Notes under the pieces: model-generated
What the model was told of the DNA's origin: nothing
The model's database searches: none
What the model saw: only the letters and a program-made list of their open reading frames with translations
Position numbers and translations under genes: made by a program
Part shown: piece after piece, positions 20,134-30,445 of the stretch
How the letters are laid out: each line of letters begins with the position of its first letter
Numbering within the stretch: position 1 is the first letter of the stretch
Assembly: GCA_947462095.1 (NCBI GenBank)
Contig: CANHNQ010000001.1
Location: 12,929 to 76,928 of the forward strand
Direction: 5' to 3'
Source of the DNA: Gemmatimonadota bacterium
GTDB lineage: Bacteria > Gemmatimonadota > Gemmatimonadetes > Gemmatimonadales > Gemmatimonadaceae
DNA: 64,000 nt

Positions 20134-20150
20134 TCGGCACGCCAGTTGCT
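20134..20150 (+). promoter_or_regulatory. Sigma54 (-24/-12) promoter
   Basis: TCGGCAC-GCCAG-TTGCT matches YGGCAC-N5-TTGCW with exact spacing, just upstream of the 20165 CDS. Confidence 0.75.
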
Positions 20151-20164
20151 CCTATCCTTGGTGA

Positions 20165-22354
20165 GTGAAGGATCGGACCCACACGGTGACTGTCGAGCGC
20201 ATGACTATAACTGCATTCAATTCAACGACTTCCAAGATCGCTGGCGATTTTCGCCGTGCGGCGCGCGCGGCCGGTGTGATGGCATGCGTCTTGGGGGTGT
20301 TGCAGGGATGCAGCAGTGCTGACGCCACTGCCCCTCTATCTGAACGAAAGCCGCCGGTTGCGTCGCCGATGTCCGGGACGACCCGCGTGCCGGCGATCCC
20401 GCATCTGGCGACGTTTTCGCCCGATACGCTGGTCTCCGGCGCCTCGGTGGTCATCACCGGCGAGCACCTCGCCCACGCGCTCGACTCCATCAGCCTCACC
20501 GTGGGTGGTGTCGTGCTGCAGGTTCGCAGCGCCACGGCCACGCGCATTGACGCCGTGGTGCCAGTGGGCGCGCTCCCCTGCGCCGCCACCGCCGCGCAGC
20601 CGGTTACGCTCACCGTAGCCGGCACGGTGCTCACCGCGACGGTGCCAGTGCGTGCCGCCAACCGCTTGGCGCTCAAGGCCGGCGAATCGGCCAACCTCCT
20701 CACCCCCGACGACATCCGCTGCACGGAACTGGTGGCCCCGACCTCTGGCTCTGCCCGCTACATGCTGGCCGTGGTGAACACCAGCGACGTGGCCTCGGCC
20801 CGCAGCGCCTTCGAGCTGCGCGGTACCGGTATCGGCGCGATGGCCGGGCAGGTGTCGGCCATGACGCATCCGCAGGCGCTCGGCAGCATGACATCGAGAA
20901 GCGCAGCGGTGTCGCCCGGCACGCTCATCAACCCCTCGCTGCTCCCCGGCTTGCGCACGGAATCGCTGCTAGCGCAGCAGGTCATGGCGGCCGAGTCGCG
21001 TCACGACGGTCAGCTCGACGCGCAGCGTGCCATCGCCGCCCGTGCCGGCTCGGCCACGACGCAGTGGAGTGCCGCGCGCGCTGCCAACGTGAATCGCCTG
21101 GGGGTCGCACTCTCATCATCGGCCGCGTCACTGCAGGTGGGCGACGTGCTCACGATGAAGGCGCTGTATAACAGTTGCAGTGCCGGTCGCGATGTCTCGG
21201 CGCGCGTGGTGTACGCCGGTTCGCGCGCCGTGGTGCTGGAAGATGTCACCGCGCCGCGTGCCCGCACGATGGACGCCGACTATCGCGCCATCGGCGAAGA
21301 GTTCGATCGCGTGCAGTATCCGTTGCTGCGCGACAACATCGGTGATCCGTTGGCGATGAATGGCGCCATGAACGGCGACGGCCGTGTGACCATGCTGTTC
21401 ACGCGCTTTGTGAACGACTCCGTCGCCGGCACGGCGGGGTACGTGAGCGCCTGCAACTTCTATCCGAAGAGCACCTTCGCGGGCAGCAACGAGAACGAAG
21501 TGTTCTACGCCCGTGTCGCCACGGCGACCGAGCCCCCGGCCGACTGGCGCCGTGCCATGCGCAGCACGGTGATCCACGAGGGGAAGCATCTGGCCAGCTT
21601 CGCCGAGCGACTGGCCAGCAACACGCCGTTCGAGGAGTCGTGGTTGGAAGAGAGCACGGCCCGCATTGCGGAGGAGCTGTACTCGCGCACCTTCACGAGC
21701 GGTGGCAGCTGGAAGGGGAACACCGGGTTCGCGACCACGGTGCGGTGCGAAGTGTACCAGTGCGACGACCGTCCGCTGATGATGTGGAAGCACTTCTCGA
21801 TGCTGCACCAGTATCTGCGTGGCGTGGACACGCTGTCGCCGCTGGGCGCCTCCACGAACAACGACGTGACCTTCTACGCGAGTGGCTGGTCGTTGGTGCG
21901 GTGGGCGGCGGACCAGTACGCGACCACCGAAGGCGCGTGGCTGAAGGGGCTGGTGAAGGGCGGTGCTCAGACCGGCCTGGCCAACCTCGCGCAGCGTACC
22001 GGCCGTCCGGCCGGTGAGCTGCTGGCCGACTGGGCGCTGGCGCATGCGGTGGACGATCTGGCCGGGTTCACCCCGAGCCGCACGCAGCTCACCTTCCCGA
22101 GCTGGAACGTGGCCGACGTGTGGAGCGGGCTGGCCGGCACGTACCCGGGCGCGTTCTCGGCCGCCCCGCTACGGGCGCGGTCCCTGAGCTTCGGCTCGTT
22201 CACGCTGCCGGTGCAACAACTGCGGGCGTTCAGCAGCAGCCACTTCAGCTTTGAGGGCGCGCAGACGGGCGGGCAGCTCATTGAACTGCGCGGGGAAGGT
22301 GGGGCCGCCGTCGCGCCGGCGGGGCTGCGGGTGGCGGTGGTGCGGGTGGAGTAG
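20165..22354 (+). CDS. Lipoprotein with IPT/TIG-like domain and HExxH zinc metallopeptidase domain
   Basis: Lipobox VLQGC; IHEGKHLAS plus downstream ESWLEE (gluzincin-like); start may be 20201. Confidence 0.8.
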   Translation: MKDRTHTVTVERMTITAFNSTTSKIAGDFRRAARAAGVMACVLGVLQGCSSADATAPLSERKPPVASPMSGTTRVPAIPHLATFSPDTLVSGASVVITGEHLAHALDSISLTVGGVVLQVRSATATRIDAVVPVGALPCAATAAQPVTLTVAGTVLTATVPVRAANRLALKAGESANLLTPDDIRCTELVAPTSGSARYMLAVVNTSDVASARSAFELRGTGIGAMAGQVSAMTHPQALGSMTSRSAAVSPGTLINPSLLPGLRTESLLAQQVMAAESRHDGQLDAQRAIAARAGSATTQWSAARAANVNRLGVALSSSAASLQVGDVLTMKALYNSCSAGRDVSARVVYAGSRAVVLEDVTAPRARTMDADYRAIGEEFDRVQYPLLRDNIGDPLAMNGAMNGDGRVTMLFTRFVNDSVAGTAGYVSACNFYPKSTFAGSNENEVFYARVATATEPPADWRRAMRSTVIHEGKHLASFAERLASNTPFEESWLEESTARIAEELYSRTFTSGGSWKGNTGFATTVRCEVYQCDDRPLMMWKHFSMLHQYLRGVDTLSPLGASTNNDVTFYASGWSLVRWAADQYATTEGAWLKGLVKGGAQTGLANLAQRTGRPAGELLADWALAHAVDDLAGFTPSRTQLTFPSWNVADVWSGLAGTYPGAFSAAPLRARSLSFGSFTLPVQQLRAFSSSHFSFEGAQTGGQLIELRGEGGAAVAPAGLRVAVVRVE
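22313..22348 (+). repeat. 36-bp direct repeat, copy 1 (3' end of the peptidase gene)
   Basis: GCGCCGGCGGGGCTGCGGGTGGCGGTGGTGCGGGTG; 35/36 identical to 23606-23641. Confidence 0.9.
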
Positions 22355-22464
22355 CAGACGGCTTCAGTGCGCGCCGAACGTTCACCGCCTCTGCCGCCTT
22401 GGGCAGGCGGTATCGGCTCGGTAGTGCCCGCCCACCATGCGCGTTCCCACACCCCAGCCACCAC

Positions 22465-22729
22465 GATGAGGAGCACGGTCGCCGATGCGATGACGTTTTC
22501 CGATCTGCTGGACCGCTACGACGTGCAGCGGGTGGACCTCCTCCAGATCGACGTCGAAGGCTTCGATGTCGAGATCCTGATGAAATACGAGCACCACTTG
22601 CTCGACGCGCTCCAGCAGGCCGATGCGGTCGGGCTCCTCCACGGACACGGCTACGCCACACTCGTCGAGGGAAAAGACACGGTCGCGATCCTGCGATCCG
22701 GCACCACGGCCGGCGGCGGTGCATCGTGA
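22465..22729 (+). pseudogene. FkbM family methyltransferase fragment
   Basis: TFSDLLDRYDVQRVDLLQIDVEGFDVEIL...YEH resembles the FkbM C-terminal half; no N-terminal SAM-binding motif. Confidence 0.65.
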
Positions 22730-23511
22730 TGCCCAAGGTGATCCACTACTGCTGGTTTGGCGGCGGACCGCTGCCGCAACTCGCGCAGGCATGCCTGGCG
22801 AGTTGGCGGACCCAATGCCCGGACTACGAGATTCGCCGCTGGGACGAAACGAACCTCGACGTGCAGCAGTGCCGCTTCTCCCGCGAGGCCATCGCAGCCG
22901 GAGCGTGGGCGTTTGTCTCCGATTGGGCCCGGCTCAGGATCGTTCATGACCACGGCGGCATCTATCTCGACACCGACGTGGAACTCGTGCAGCCACTTGA
23001 CGACCTGCTCCACTGGCAGGCGTTTTTCGGATTCCAGCACGATGGCACCGTCGCCACAGGCTTGGGATTTGGCGCGGAGCAAGGCCACCGTGTGGTGGCG
23101 GCTTTGCTCGCCGGCTATGAAACGACTTCTTTCGTCGGAACCGATGGCTGCCCCGTGAAGACGCCCTGCCCGGAGCGCGATTCGGTCGTCTTCGAGCAGT
23201 TTGGGTTCCGGCTCGACGGCTCCTTCCAGGATCGCGAAGGCGTCGCCGTTCTCCCCCCCGAGTATCTCTGCCCAAAGTCGTTCGAGAGCGGGCACGTGAC
23301 CATCACACCGTTGACTCATGCGATCCATCACTTCCAAGCCTCCTGGCACACCACCGCTGAGGCCGCCGATGTCCGTCGGCGCCGCAGGTATGCCCAGCTC
23401 TTTGGCCTGTCGCTGGGCGCGCGGATCTACCGGCTCGACCTTCGCGCGCGAAATCGAGCCGCCAAATGTCGGCTGCTTCCACGCGTGGGGACGAATGATG
23501 CCTCGCGCTGA
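22729..23511 (+). CDS. DXD-motif glycosyltransferase (GT32/Och1-like capsular synthesis)
   Basis: MPKVIHYCWFGG, WAFVSDWARL, GGIYLDTDVE, HHFQASW. Confidence 0.92.
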   Translation: MPKVIHYCWFGGGPLPQLAQACLASWRTQCPDYEIRRWDETNLDVQQCRFSREAIAAGAWAFVSDWARLRIVHDHGGIYLDTDVELVQPLDDLLHWQAFFGFQHDGTVATGLGFGAEQGHRVVAALLAGYETTSFVGTDGCPVKTPCPERDSVVFEQFGFRLDGSFQDREGVAVLPPEYLCPKSFESGHVTITPLTHAIHHFQASWHTTAEAADVRRRRRYAQLFGLSLGARIYRLDLRARNRAAKCRLLPRVGTNDASR

Positions 23512-23605
23512 CTCAGCTGCCGAACGGATCGTCTGGGCGCAGGAGTGCGCGCGTGTCGCCCGGGCGACGCTTCTGCCGTAGATCTTTGCGGTCGACCCGC
23601 TCGCG

Positions 23606-23641
23606 GCGCCGGCGGGGCTGCGGGTGGCGGTGGTTCGGGTG
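23606..23641 (+). repeat. 36-bp direct repeat, copy 2
   Basis: GCGCCGGCGGGGCTGCGGGTGGCGGTGGTTCGGGTG, encoding remnant APAGLRVAVVRV. Confidence 0.9.
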
Positions 23642-23789
23642 CAATGGGGGGCGGTAGGGACCACAATGACCGACGCGGCTGCCAGTCGTCTATCGAACCG
23701 CGCCATCTTATTCTGCAGATGTCCTCTGGTCTCGTCCGGTCCATCGAGTCCCCGCGTACCTGCTGAACGCACCAATCCAGATTCCTGCC

Positions 23790-24767
23790 TTGTCCATCGA
23801 ATCGAAGCGAATTGTGGTCACCGGCGGCGCCGGTTTTCTCGGATCACACTTGTGTGAACTGCTGTTGGCGCAGGGGCACGAAGTGCTGTGCATCGACAAC
23901 TTTTTTTCGAGCACGCGTCGAGGTCTCCTGCACTTGCTCGATCATCCGAGGTTCGAACTCCAGCGACACGATGTCACGTGGCCGCTGTATGTGGAAACGG
24001 ACGAGATCTACAACCTCGCCTGTCCGGCCTCGCCGGTGCACTACCAGCACGACCCCGTGCAGACCACGAAGACCAGCGTGCATGGTGCCATCAACATGCT
24101 CGGACTCGCCAAGCGACTCGGCGCGAAGATTCTGCAGGCATCTACTTCCGAGGTGTACGGGGATCCCGCCGTGCACCCGCAGGTGGAGGAGTACTGGGGC
24201 AATGTGAATCCGATCGGGCCACGCTCCTGCTACGACGAAGGCAAGCGCTGCGCCGAAACGCTGTTCTTCGACTACCATCGACAGCACCAGCTGCGCATCA
24301 AGGTGGTTCGGATCTTCAATACGTACGGTCCCCGCATGCACCCGAACGACGGGCGCGTGGTCTCCAATTTCATCCTGCAGGCGCTGCGCGGCGACGAGAT
24401 CACGGTGTTCGGCGACGGTTCCCAGACACGGTCGTTCTGCTTCGTGAGTGATCTCATTGATGGGATGCAGCGCATGATGCAGAGCGCGGACGACATCACG
24501 GGTCCGATCAACCTCGGCAATCCCGAGGAGTGCACGATGCGCGAGTTGGCCGAGCTCATCATCACGCTCGTCGGTTCAACCTCGACGATCGTGACGCGTC
24601 CGCTGCCCATTGACGATCCGCGTCAGCGTCGGCCGGATATCTCCAAGGCCAACGCGCTGCTGGGGTGGTCACCGTCGATCCCCATGCGCGAGGGGTTGGC
24701 GAAAACCATTGCGTACTTTGACACGCTGCTCTCCAGCCAGATGCACGCGGGAACGATAGGTCGTTAG
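23790..24767 (+). CDS. UDP-glucuronic acid decarboxylase (UDP-xylose synthase) family SDR
   Basis: [56 protein letters not shown]. Confidence 0.95.
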   Translation: MSIESKRIVVTGGAGFLGSHLCELLLAQGHEVLCIDNFFSSTRRGLLHLLDHPRFELQRHDVTWPLYVETDEIYNLACPASPVHYQHDPVQTTKTSVHGAINMLGLAKRLGAKILQASTSEVYGDPAVHPQVEEYWGNVNPIGPRSCYDEGKRCAETLFFDYHRQHQLRIKVVRIFNTYGPRMHPNDGRVVSNFILQALRGDEITVFGDGSQTRSFCFVSDLIDGMQRMMQSADDITGPINLGNPEECTMRELAELIITLVGSTSTIVTRPLPIDDPRQRRPDISKANALLGWSPSIPMREGLAKTIAYFDTLLSSQMHAGTIGR

Positions 24768-24770
24768 CCG

Positions 24771-26765
24771 ATGGGAAGAGCGCTCACCCTCGGCGGTGTC
24801 TGGCCATCGCTCGTGTTCTTGCTGACGGTCGCCTGCCGGGACGCTGACACGCAGGGTCTGCGGCGGGCTGGCACGTCTACAGCTTCGCCGGTGGGATGGC
24901 CCGCCTTCGCGGGTGATGCGGGTTCGCAGCGCTATTCGCCGGTCGCCGACATCTCCCCCGGCAACGTGGCCACACTCGAACCCGCGTGGCGTTGGGAGAC
25001 CGGCGAGGTCGAACACGACGCCGAGGACACCGGCGAGCGCGTACAACCCGGGAGGTTCGAGGCCACCCCGCTCGCCTTCGGTGACACACTCTTCCTGAGC
25101 ACGCCGTTCAATCGCGTCGTGGCACTCGATGGGAGAACGGGACGCCAGCTGTGGGCGTTCGATCCGAAGGCCACGCGCTGGGGACTCATTTCGGACGATC
25201 GCGCGGGCTTTGTGCATCGTGGCGTCGCCTCCTGGGTTGGCAACGGGGCTCGGCGCATCATGGTCGCGTCACGCTGGTCGCTGTACGCGCTCGATGCCGC
25301 CACCGGAGCACCGGTGCGCACCTTCGGCGATCAAGGGGCCGTCGATCTGGCCAAGGGGCTGCGGTGGCCGGTGAACCGGCGACACCTCGGGAACACGTCG
25401 CCACCGGTGATCTGGCGCAACGTGGTCATCGTGGGGAGCGCGATCGGCGATCGCATCATTCACGAACAGGATCCGCCCGGCGACGTGCAGGCGTTCGACG
25501 CGAGCACCGGGGCACGCCTCTGGCGATGGGAGCCGATCCCGCAACAGGCTGGTGCGGCGCGTGAGTCGTGGGAGAACGGGTCGGCGTCGCGCACCGGACA
25601 TGGTAACGTCTGGGCCCCATTTTCGGTCGATTCCGCAGCGGGGCTCGTCTACCTGCCCGTGAGTGCCGCCAGCAACGACTACTACGGCGGCAATCGGCTC
25701 GGCGACAACCTGTATACCCAATCGCTGGTCTGCCTGGACGCGGCCACCGGTGTGCAGCGCTGGGCGAGGCAATTGGTCCATCACGACATCTGGGATTACG
25801 ACGCGGCGTCGCCGCCGGCATTGGTGACGATCACCGTGAATGGACGCCGCATCGATGCCGTCGTGCTCGCCGGGAAGACCGGATTCCTGTACGTCTTCGA
25901 TCGGTACACCGGTGAACCCGTCTGGCCGATGGTGGAGCAGCCGGTACCGGCGAGCGATGTCCCCGGCGAGCGGGCGGCGCTGACGCAGCCGTTTCCCGCG
26001 TGGCCGCGCCCGTTCGCGCGGCAGGGCTTCGCAGTTGAGGATGTCGTCGACTTTACCCCAGCCATACGCGCACAGGGCGCCCGCGTGCTCGCGGCGGTGC
26101 GGTCGGGGCCGATCTTCGCGCCGCCATCCATTCAGGGGACGGTGCAGATGCCCGGGTGGATCGGTGGGGCGGGGTGGGGCAGCACCGCGATCGATCCCGT
26201 CCGCCAGTTGGCCTTTATCAAGGCGACGAATCTGCCGGTGCTGGCTCGCGTGGTCCCCACGGGCGATGCGCGGCGCTACGTCACGGACACCACCGAGGTC
26301 GATCCGGGGCGGCCGCTCACAATGCGATTGCCGGATCCACGCTGGTGGTGGCCGCGCAAGGCATCGCCTCTTTCGCTGCCCATCAGTAAACCGCCATACG
26401 GTACGCTCACGGCGGTGGATCTCACCACGGGCGAACATCGCTGGACTATCGTGTTGGGCGACACGCCCGCGATCAGACACCATCCCGCCCTCCGCGCGCT
26501 GGCCTTACCGGCGCTCGGCGTGGCTGGTGCACCGGGCGGCGTTGCGACGGCCAGCGGTCTGGTGTTCATCACGGGGGGCGGCGCCGAGCTGTTCGCGATC
26601 GACGCGGAGTCGGGCGCCGTGTTGTGGTCGTTTCCCCTTGGACAGATCGGATACAGTAATCCGATGGTGTTCCGGGCGACCAACGGCCGCACGTACGTGG
26701 TGGTGGCCACCGGAAACGGTGCTGGTGCCGCGCTGCGTGCGTTCGCCGTGCCTGCCCCTCGCTAG
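24771..26765 (+). CDS. PQQ-dependent (quinoprotein glucose-type) dehydrogenase, probable lipoprotein
   Basis: Lipobox LTVAC; FEATPL, HRGV, QLVHHDIWDYD, GKTGFLYVFDR, PPYGTLTAVDL. Confidence 0.9.
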   Translation: MGRALTLGGVWPSLVFLLTVACRDADTQGLRRAGTSTASPVGWPAFAGDAGSQRYSPVADISPGNVATLEPAWRWETGEVEHDAEDTGERVQPGRFEATPLAFGDTLFLSTPFNRVVALDGRTGRQLWAFDPKATRWGLISDDRAGFVHRGVASWVGNGARRIMVASRWSLYALDAATGAPVRTFGDQGAVDLAKGLRWPVNRRHLGNTSPPVIWRNVVIVGSAIGDRIIHEQDPPGDVQAFDASTGARLWRWEPIPQQAGAARESWENGSASRTGHGNVWAPFSVDSAAGLVYLPVSAASNDYYGGNRLGDNLYTQSLVCLDAATGVQRWARQLVHHDIWDYDAASPPALVTITVNGRRIDAVVLAGKTGFLYVFDRYTGEPVWPMVEQPVPASDVPGERAALTQPFPAWPRPFARQGFAVEDVVDFTPAIRAQGARVLAAVRSGPIFAPPSIQGTVQMPGWIGGAGWGSTAIDPVRQLAFIKATNLPVLARVVPTGDARRYVTDTTEVDPGRPLTMRLPDPRWWWPRKASPLSLPISKPPYGTLTAVDLTTGEHRWTIVLGDTPAIRHHPALRALALPALGVAGAPGGVATASGLVFITGGGAELFAIDAESGAVLWSFPLGQIGYSNPMVFRATNGRTYVVVATGNGAGAALRAFAVPAPR

Positions 26766-26788
26766 GAATCTTCTTCGGGAATCGCCGC

Positions 26789-28759
26789 GTGCCGATGCGA
26801 AAATTTGGGTTCCTGCCGCCGCGCCGTCTGGCCGCGCTCGGTCTACTCGCGGGTGGCGCGATCATCGTTGCCGGCTCGGGATTCGTGGTGGGCCGCAAAT
26901 GGCCCATCGACGCGCTGGAACGCTTCATGGCACGGCCGCGTGATCCGGTCGTGCCCGGCTGGACGCTCTTCACCCGCACCGACCTGCCACGGTACGAGAT
27001 GATTCGCGTGCAGGCCGACCGTCAGCTGTTCGTGTTCGGCGGGTTCTACACCGAGAAGCCGGCCGCGACCTCGCGGGTCGAGATGCTCGACCTTGTTACG
27101 GGCGTCTGGCAACGCAAAGCCGACATGCCGGTCGCCCTGACGCATACCACCGGTGTGCTGGTGCGTGATACCATTTGGATTGCCGGTGGTTTTGAGGGTG
27201 ATCATCCGGGGCCCGCCACGGCGCGGGTGTGGCGCTACGCCACGGCGACCGACCAGTGGACCGAAGGACCCGCGCTTCCCGGGCCGCGCGGGGGCGGGGC
27301 GCTGGTGTCGCGCGGCGACACGCTGCACTTCGTTGGCGGGTGGCTCGCCGACCGCAATACCGATTCGCCCGATCACTGGCTGCTGCGGCCAGGGGCGACG
27401 GCGTGGGAGAAGCGTGCGAGTTTGCCGATCCCGCGCGGGCACTTATCCGCCGTTGTACTCGACGGCGCGCTCTACGCCATCGGCGGGAACAGCGGCCATG
27501 ATCCCGTGCCGCTCGAGTTGACGGTCGTGCATCGCTACGATCCGGCGCGAGACGCGTGGCAAGCACTCGGCCAGATGCCCAAGGCTGTGTCGCACACGGA
27601 GCCGGCCACGTTCGTGCACGACGGACGGATCATTACGGTCGGGGGTCGTTCGCGCCCCTCTGGCGTCGAGAACCTGAGCGACATCTACGCCTTTGACCCG
27701 AACGCCGATCGTTGGACGCATCTTGGCTTGGCGCCAGTTCGTATGCTCGGCGGGCTGGCGGTGGTGCGACACGACACCGTGATCGCCGGACTCGGCGCGC
27801 CGCGGTGGAACTCTCCTGAAACGCCGTACCTCTGGAAGGCGGCGTTGCGAAATACGTGGTGGCCGTCATCGCCAATGCCGATCGCCCTGGGCGAAGTCGC
27901 CGCGGGCCTCATCGACCGTGGCCTGTTCGTAGTGGGTGAGGGTTCGGTACAGACGCTTCGCTACGACGTGGCGCGCGGCGACTGGAATGTCGTTCCTGAT
28001 GCCGCCCGTCCCGCGCCCGGGCATCATCACGCGGCCGAAGTGATCGACGGGCGCTGGTTCCTGTTTGGCGGCATTGGCGGATTCAGCGAGGGGCGTGTGC
28101 AGATCTTCGATCCGGCCACGCGACAGTGGACACTCGGGCCCACTATGCCGTTTGCGGCGGGGTCGAGCGCCTCCGCCGTCATCGGGAGATCAGTCTTTGT
28201 GGCCGGCGGCATTGTGGACGGCCGGACCACGCCACAGATGGCGATGCTGGACCTCAACACGATGACGTGGAGCGAGCGGGCACCGATGCCGCGCCCGCGC
28301 AACCATGCGGCGTCCGGAACGGACGGCACGCGCTTCTACGTGTTCGGCGGTCGTGGTCCGGGGAGCGGCGACGAGAACGTCGTGGCCGACGGGTACGATG
28401 ATGTCCAGATCTACGATCCGGCCACGAATAAGTGGACCGTGAGCGATGGGCGAGCGGGCAGTCCCCAACCCCTGCCACAGGCTCGCGGTGGCACCGGCAA
28501 AGCAGTGTTCGTGAATGGCGAGTTCTGGGTGATCGGCGGTGAGACGCTGGCCGGGGCGGGCGCGACCCCCGATGGCGTGTACGCCCGCGTGGACATCTAC
28601 GATCCGACCCGTAATCGCTGGCGCGTGGGCCCCGCACTCACGACCGCGCGCCATGGCGCCTTTCCCGTGCTGCATGAGGGACGGTTACTGCTGGCGGGTG
28701 GCGGCGTGACCGCCGGCTATTCGGCGACGTCGAGTGTGGAGGTGCTCTGGTCGCGGTAA
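26789..28759 (+). CDS. Double Kelch beta-propeller protein with N-terminal membrane anchor
   Basis: About 12 Kelch units (xxGG...YDP...W); N-terminal TM. Confidence 0.88.
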   Translation: MPMRKFGFLPPRRLAALGLLAGGAIIVAGSGFVVGRKWPIDALERFMARPRDPVVPGWTLFTRTDLPRYEMIRVQADRQLFVFGGFYTEKPAATSRVEMLDLVTGVWQRKADMPVALTHTTGVLVRDTIWIAGGFEGDHPGPATARVWRYATATDQWTEGPALPGPRGGGALVSRGDTLHFVGGWLADRNTDSPDHWLLRPGATAWEKRASLPIPRGHLSAVVLDGALYAIGGNSGHDPVPLELTVVHRYDPARDAWQALGQMPKAVSHTEPATFVHDGRIITVGGRSRPSGVENLSDIYAFDPNADRWTHLGLAPVRMLGGLAVVRHDTVIAGLGAPRWNSPETPYLWKAALRNTWWPSSPMPIALGEVAAGLIDRGLFVVGEGSVQTLRYDVARGDWNVVPDAARPAPGHHHAAEVIDGRWFLFGGIGGFSEGRVQIFDPATRQWTLGPTMPFAAGSSASAVIGRSVFVAGGIVDGRTTPQMAMLDLNTMTWSERAPMPRPRNHAASGTDGTRFYVFGGRGPGSGDENVVADGYDDVQIYDPATNKWTVSDGRAGSPQPLPQARGGTGKAVFVNGEFWVIGGETLAGAGATPDGVYARVDIYDPTRNRWRVGPALTTARHGAFPVLHEGRLLLAGGGVTAGYSATSSVEVLWSR

Positions 28760-29727
28760 GGCACTGGCGGCTCGCCCCGATTGCCCGTGCCCGCGGCCGC
28801 TCGCCGGTTGACCATTCGCCATACGCGCGCGCGCACTCGGCTCCGCAGCGAGAGCCAACGAAAGCGCGCGAGAAGCACGAGGAGCGCTGACAGGGATGTC
28901 CACTGGCCGGACCGTGCGTGTGCTCGTGCCAAACCCTGCAGTTTCATCTGGTGGTAGCCGGCCATGCGCGTCGCCGCACGACGCATGGCCATGCTGAACC
29001 TCCACGCGGAGTAGGCACCGGCGTGCAGGTGAAAGGTGGTCAGTGCCTGCGCGCTCATGCGCAGCACATTGGTCGACGCCGCCGCGGCGTGCACGCGATA
29101 GCGGAGCACGGGTGCCGAGACACCGACCAATGGCGCATCCGCGGCCATGCGCAGCCACAGATCGAAATCTTCGGTGGGCACCCGCTCCTGATGGAAGCCG
29201 CCGACTCGCCGCACGACGTCCGTGCGCAGCAGCACGGCCCCCGGCGTGGTGATCGATCGGCCCAGCAGGCGCAGCGGTGTGATCAGCGTGCCGCCGGTGG
29301 CGTACTCATCACGCCGTTGCTCGTCAGCGCCGTCGAAGCTGATGACCTCGCCGGCGACGCCGCTCCACGTCGGGTGGGCTTCGAGTTCCCGACGCAGGAT
29401 GTCCACGCCGCCGTCGATCAGCAGGTCATCGTCATCGAGAAAGAGCACGCAGCCGCCCGTGGCTTCACGAAGCCCGGCGTTGCGCGCATGGGCCACCCCA
29501 GCCTCCGCGAGTACGAGCAGCCGTGCTGGCGCATGCACGATGGCGCCAAGCGCGGCCAGATATTCGGCCGATGCGCCGTTGGCCACGACCAGCAGTTCAT
29601 CATCCGCCCGGAGACTCCGAATGGCCGACTCCATGGACGTCTCCAGGAAGCCGCGCTCGGCGTGCGTGGGCATGACGATCGTAAGGCGTGGCATCGTGGT
29701 GGGCACGGGATCACGGGTCTGAGTCAC
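28717..29727 (-). CDS. GT2 family glycosyltransferase
   Basis: IVMPT, GVAHARNAG, FLDDDD, EDFDLWLR; TATAAT upstream on the minus strand. Confidence 0.9.
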   Translation of the reverse strand: MTQTRDPVPTTMPRLTIVMPTHAERGFLETSMESAIRSLRADDELLVVANGASAEYLAALGAIVHAPARLLVLAEAGVAHARNAGLREATGGCVLFLDDDDLLIDGGVDILRRELEAHPTWSGVAGEVISFDGADEQRRDEYATGGTLITPLRLLGRSITTPGAVLLRTDVVRRVGGFHQERVPTEDFDLWLRMAADAPLVGVSAPVLRYRVHAAAASTNVLRMSAQALTTFHLHAGAYSAWRFSMAMRRAATRMAGYHQMKLQGLARAHARSGQWTSLSALLVLLARFRWLSLRSRVRARVWRMVNRRAAAGTGNRGEPPVPYRDQSTSTLDVAE

Positions 29728-29842
29728 ATTGACGGCGCAGTGACCATTATAGTCGTCCTGACGTCATATTCCGCTCGCAGGCTCCGCGCGCACCAGCGGC
29801 GCGCGGATCTCTCACGCTTTTCGATGGTCACGGAGCACTTTC

Positions 29843-30445
29843 TTGTCGTCCATTTTGCACCGGTGGCGTGCGGCGCGCCGAATTGCCGGTTTGCTCCGTG
29901 TACTGCCCGCTCCGGCGCGAATGGCGGCGATTGGCCGGCTGCTGGAGCGCGCCGCGACTCGCCGCCGTCGACTCGATGCCGTGATCGCGGCCGCCCCCGA
30001 ACGGCTGGTGATCGTGTGTCACGGCAACATCATGCGCAGCGCGTTTGCGGTGGCGTATCTGCGACAGCAGGCGCCGGAGTTGGCGTCGCGCATCATCGGG
30101 GCTGGCACGCACGCTACGGCGGGTCGACCGGCGCAGGACTCTGCGCGGCGCGTATCCCCGGAGTTCGGCGTGCCGCTCGATACACACGCCGCGACCCCCC
30201 TCGATCTGGTGACGGTTGGTGCCGGTGATGTGATCCTGTGCATGGACCGGGCGAACGAGGCGAATGTACTCTCGCGCCACCCCATGCACGCCGCTCGCGT
30301 GTTTTTGATCGGCGATGGCGCGAGTGACGATCCGATCGATCGGACCATCGTCGATCCCTACGCCCGCGGTGATGATGCCACACGCCTGGCGTTCCAGCAG
30401 ATCCTGGCGCACGCGCCACGTTGGCTGTCGCTGGTCACGAACTGA
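29843..30445 (+). CDS. Low-molecular-weight protein-tyrosine phosphatase (Wzb-like)
   Basis: P-loop VCHGNIMRS, CMD, IVDPY. Confidence 0.85.
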   Translation: MSSILHRWRAARRIAGLLRVLPAPARMAAIGRLLERAATRRRRLDAVIAAAPERLVIVCHGNIMRSAFAVAYLRQQAPELASRIIGAGTHATAGRPAQDSARRVSPEFGVPLDTHAATPLDLVTVGAGDVILCMDRANEANVLSRHPMHAARVFLIGDGASDDPIDRTIVDPYARGDDATRLAFQQILAHAPRWLSLVTN

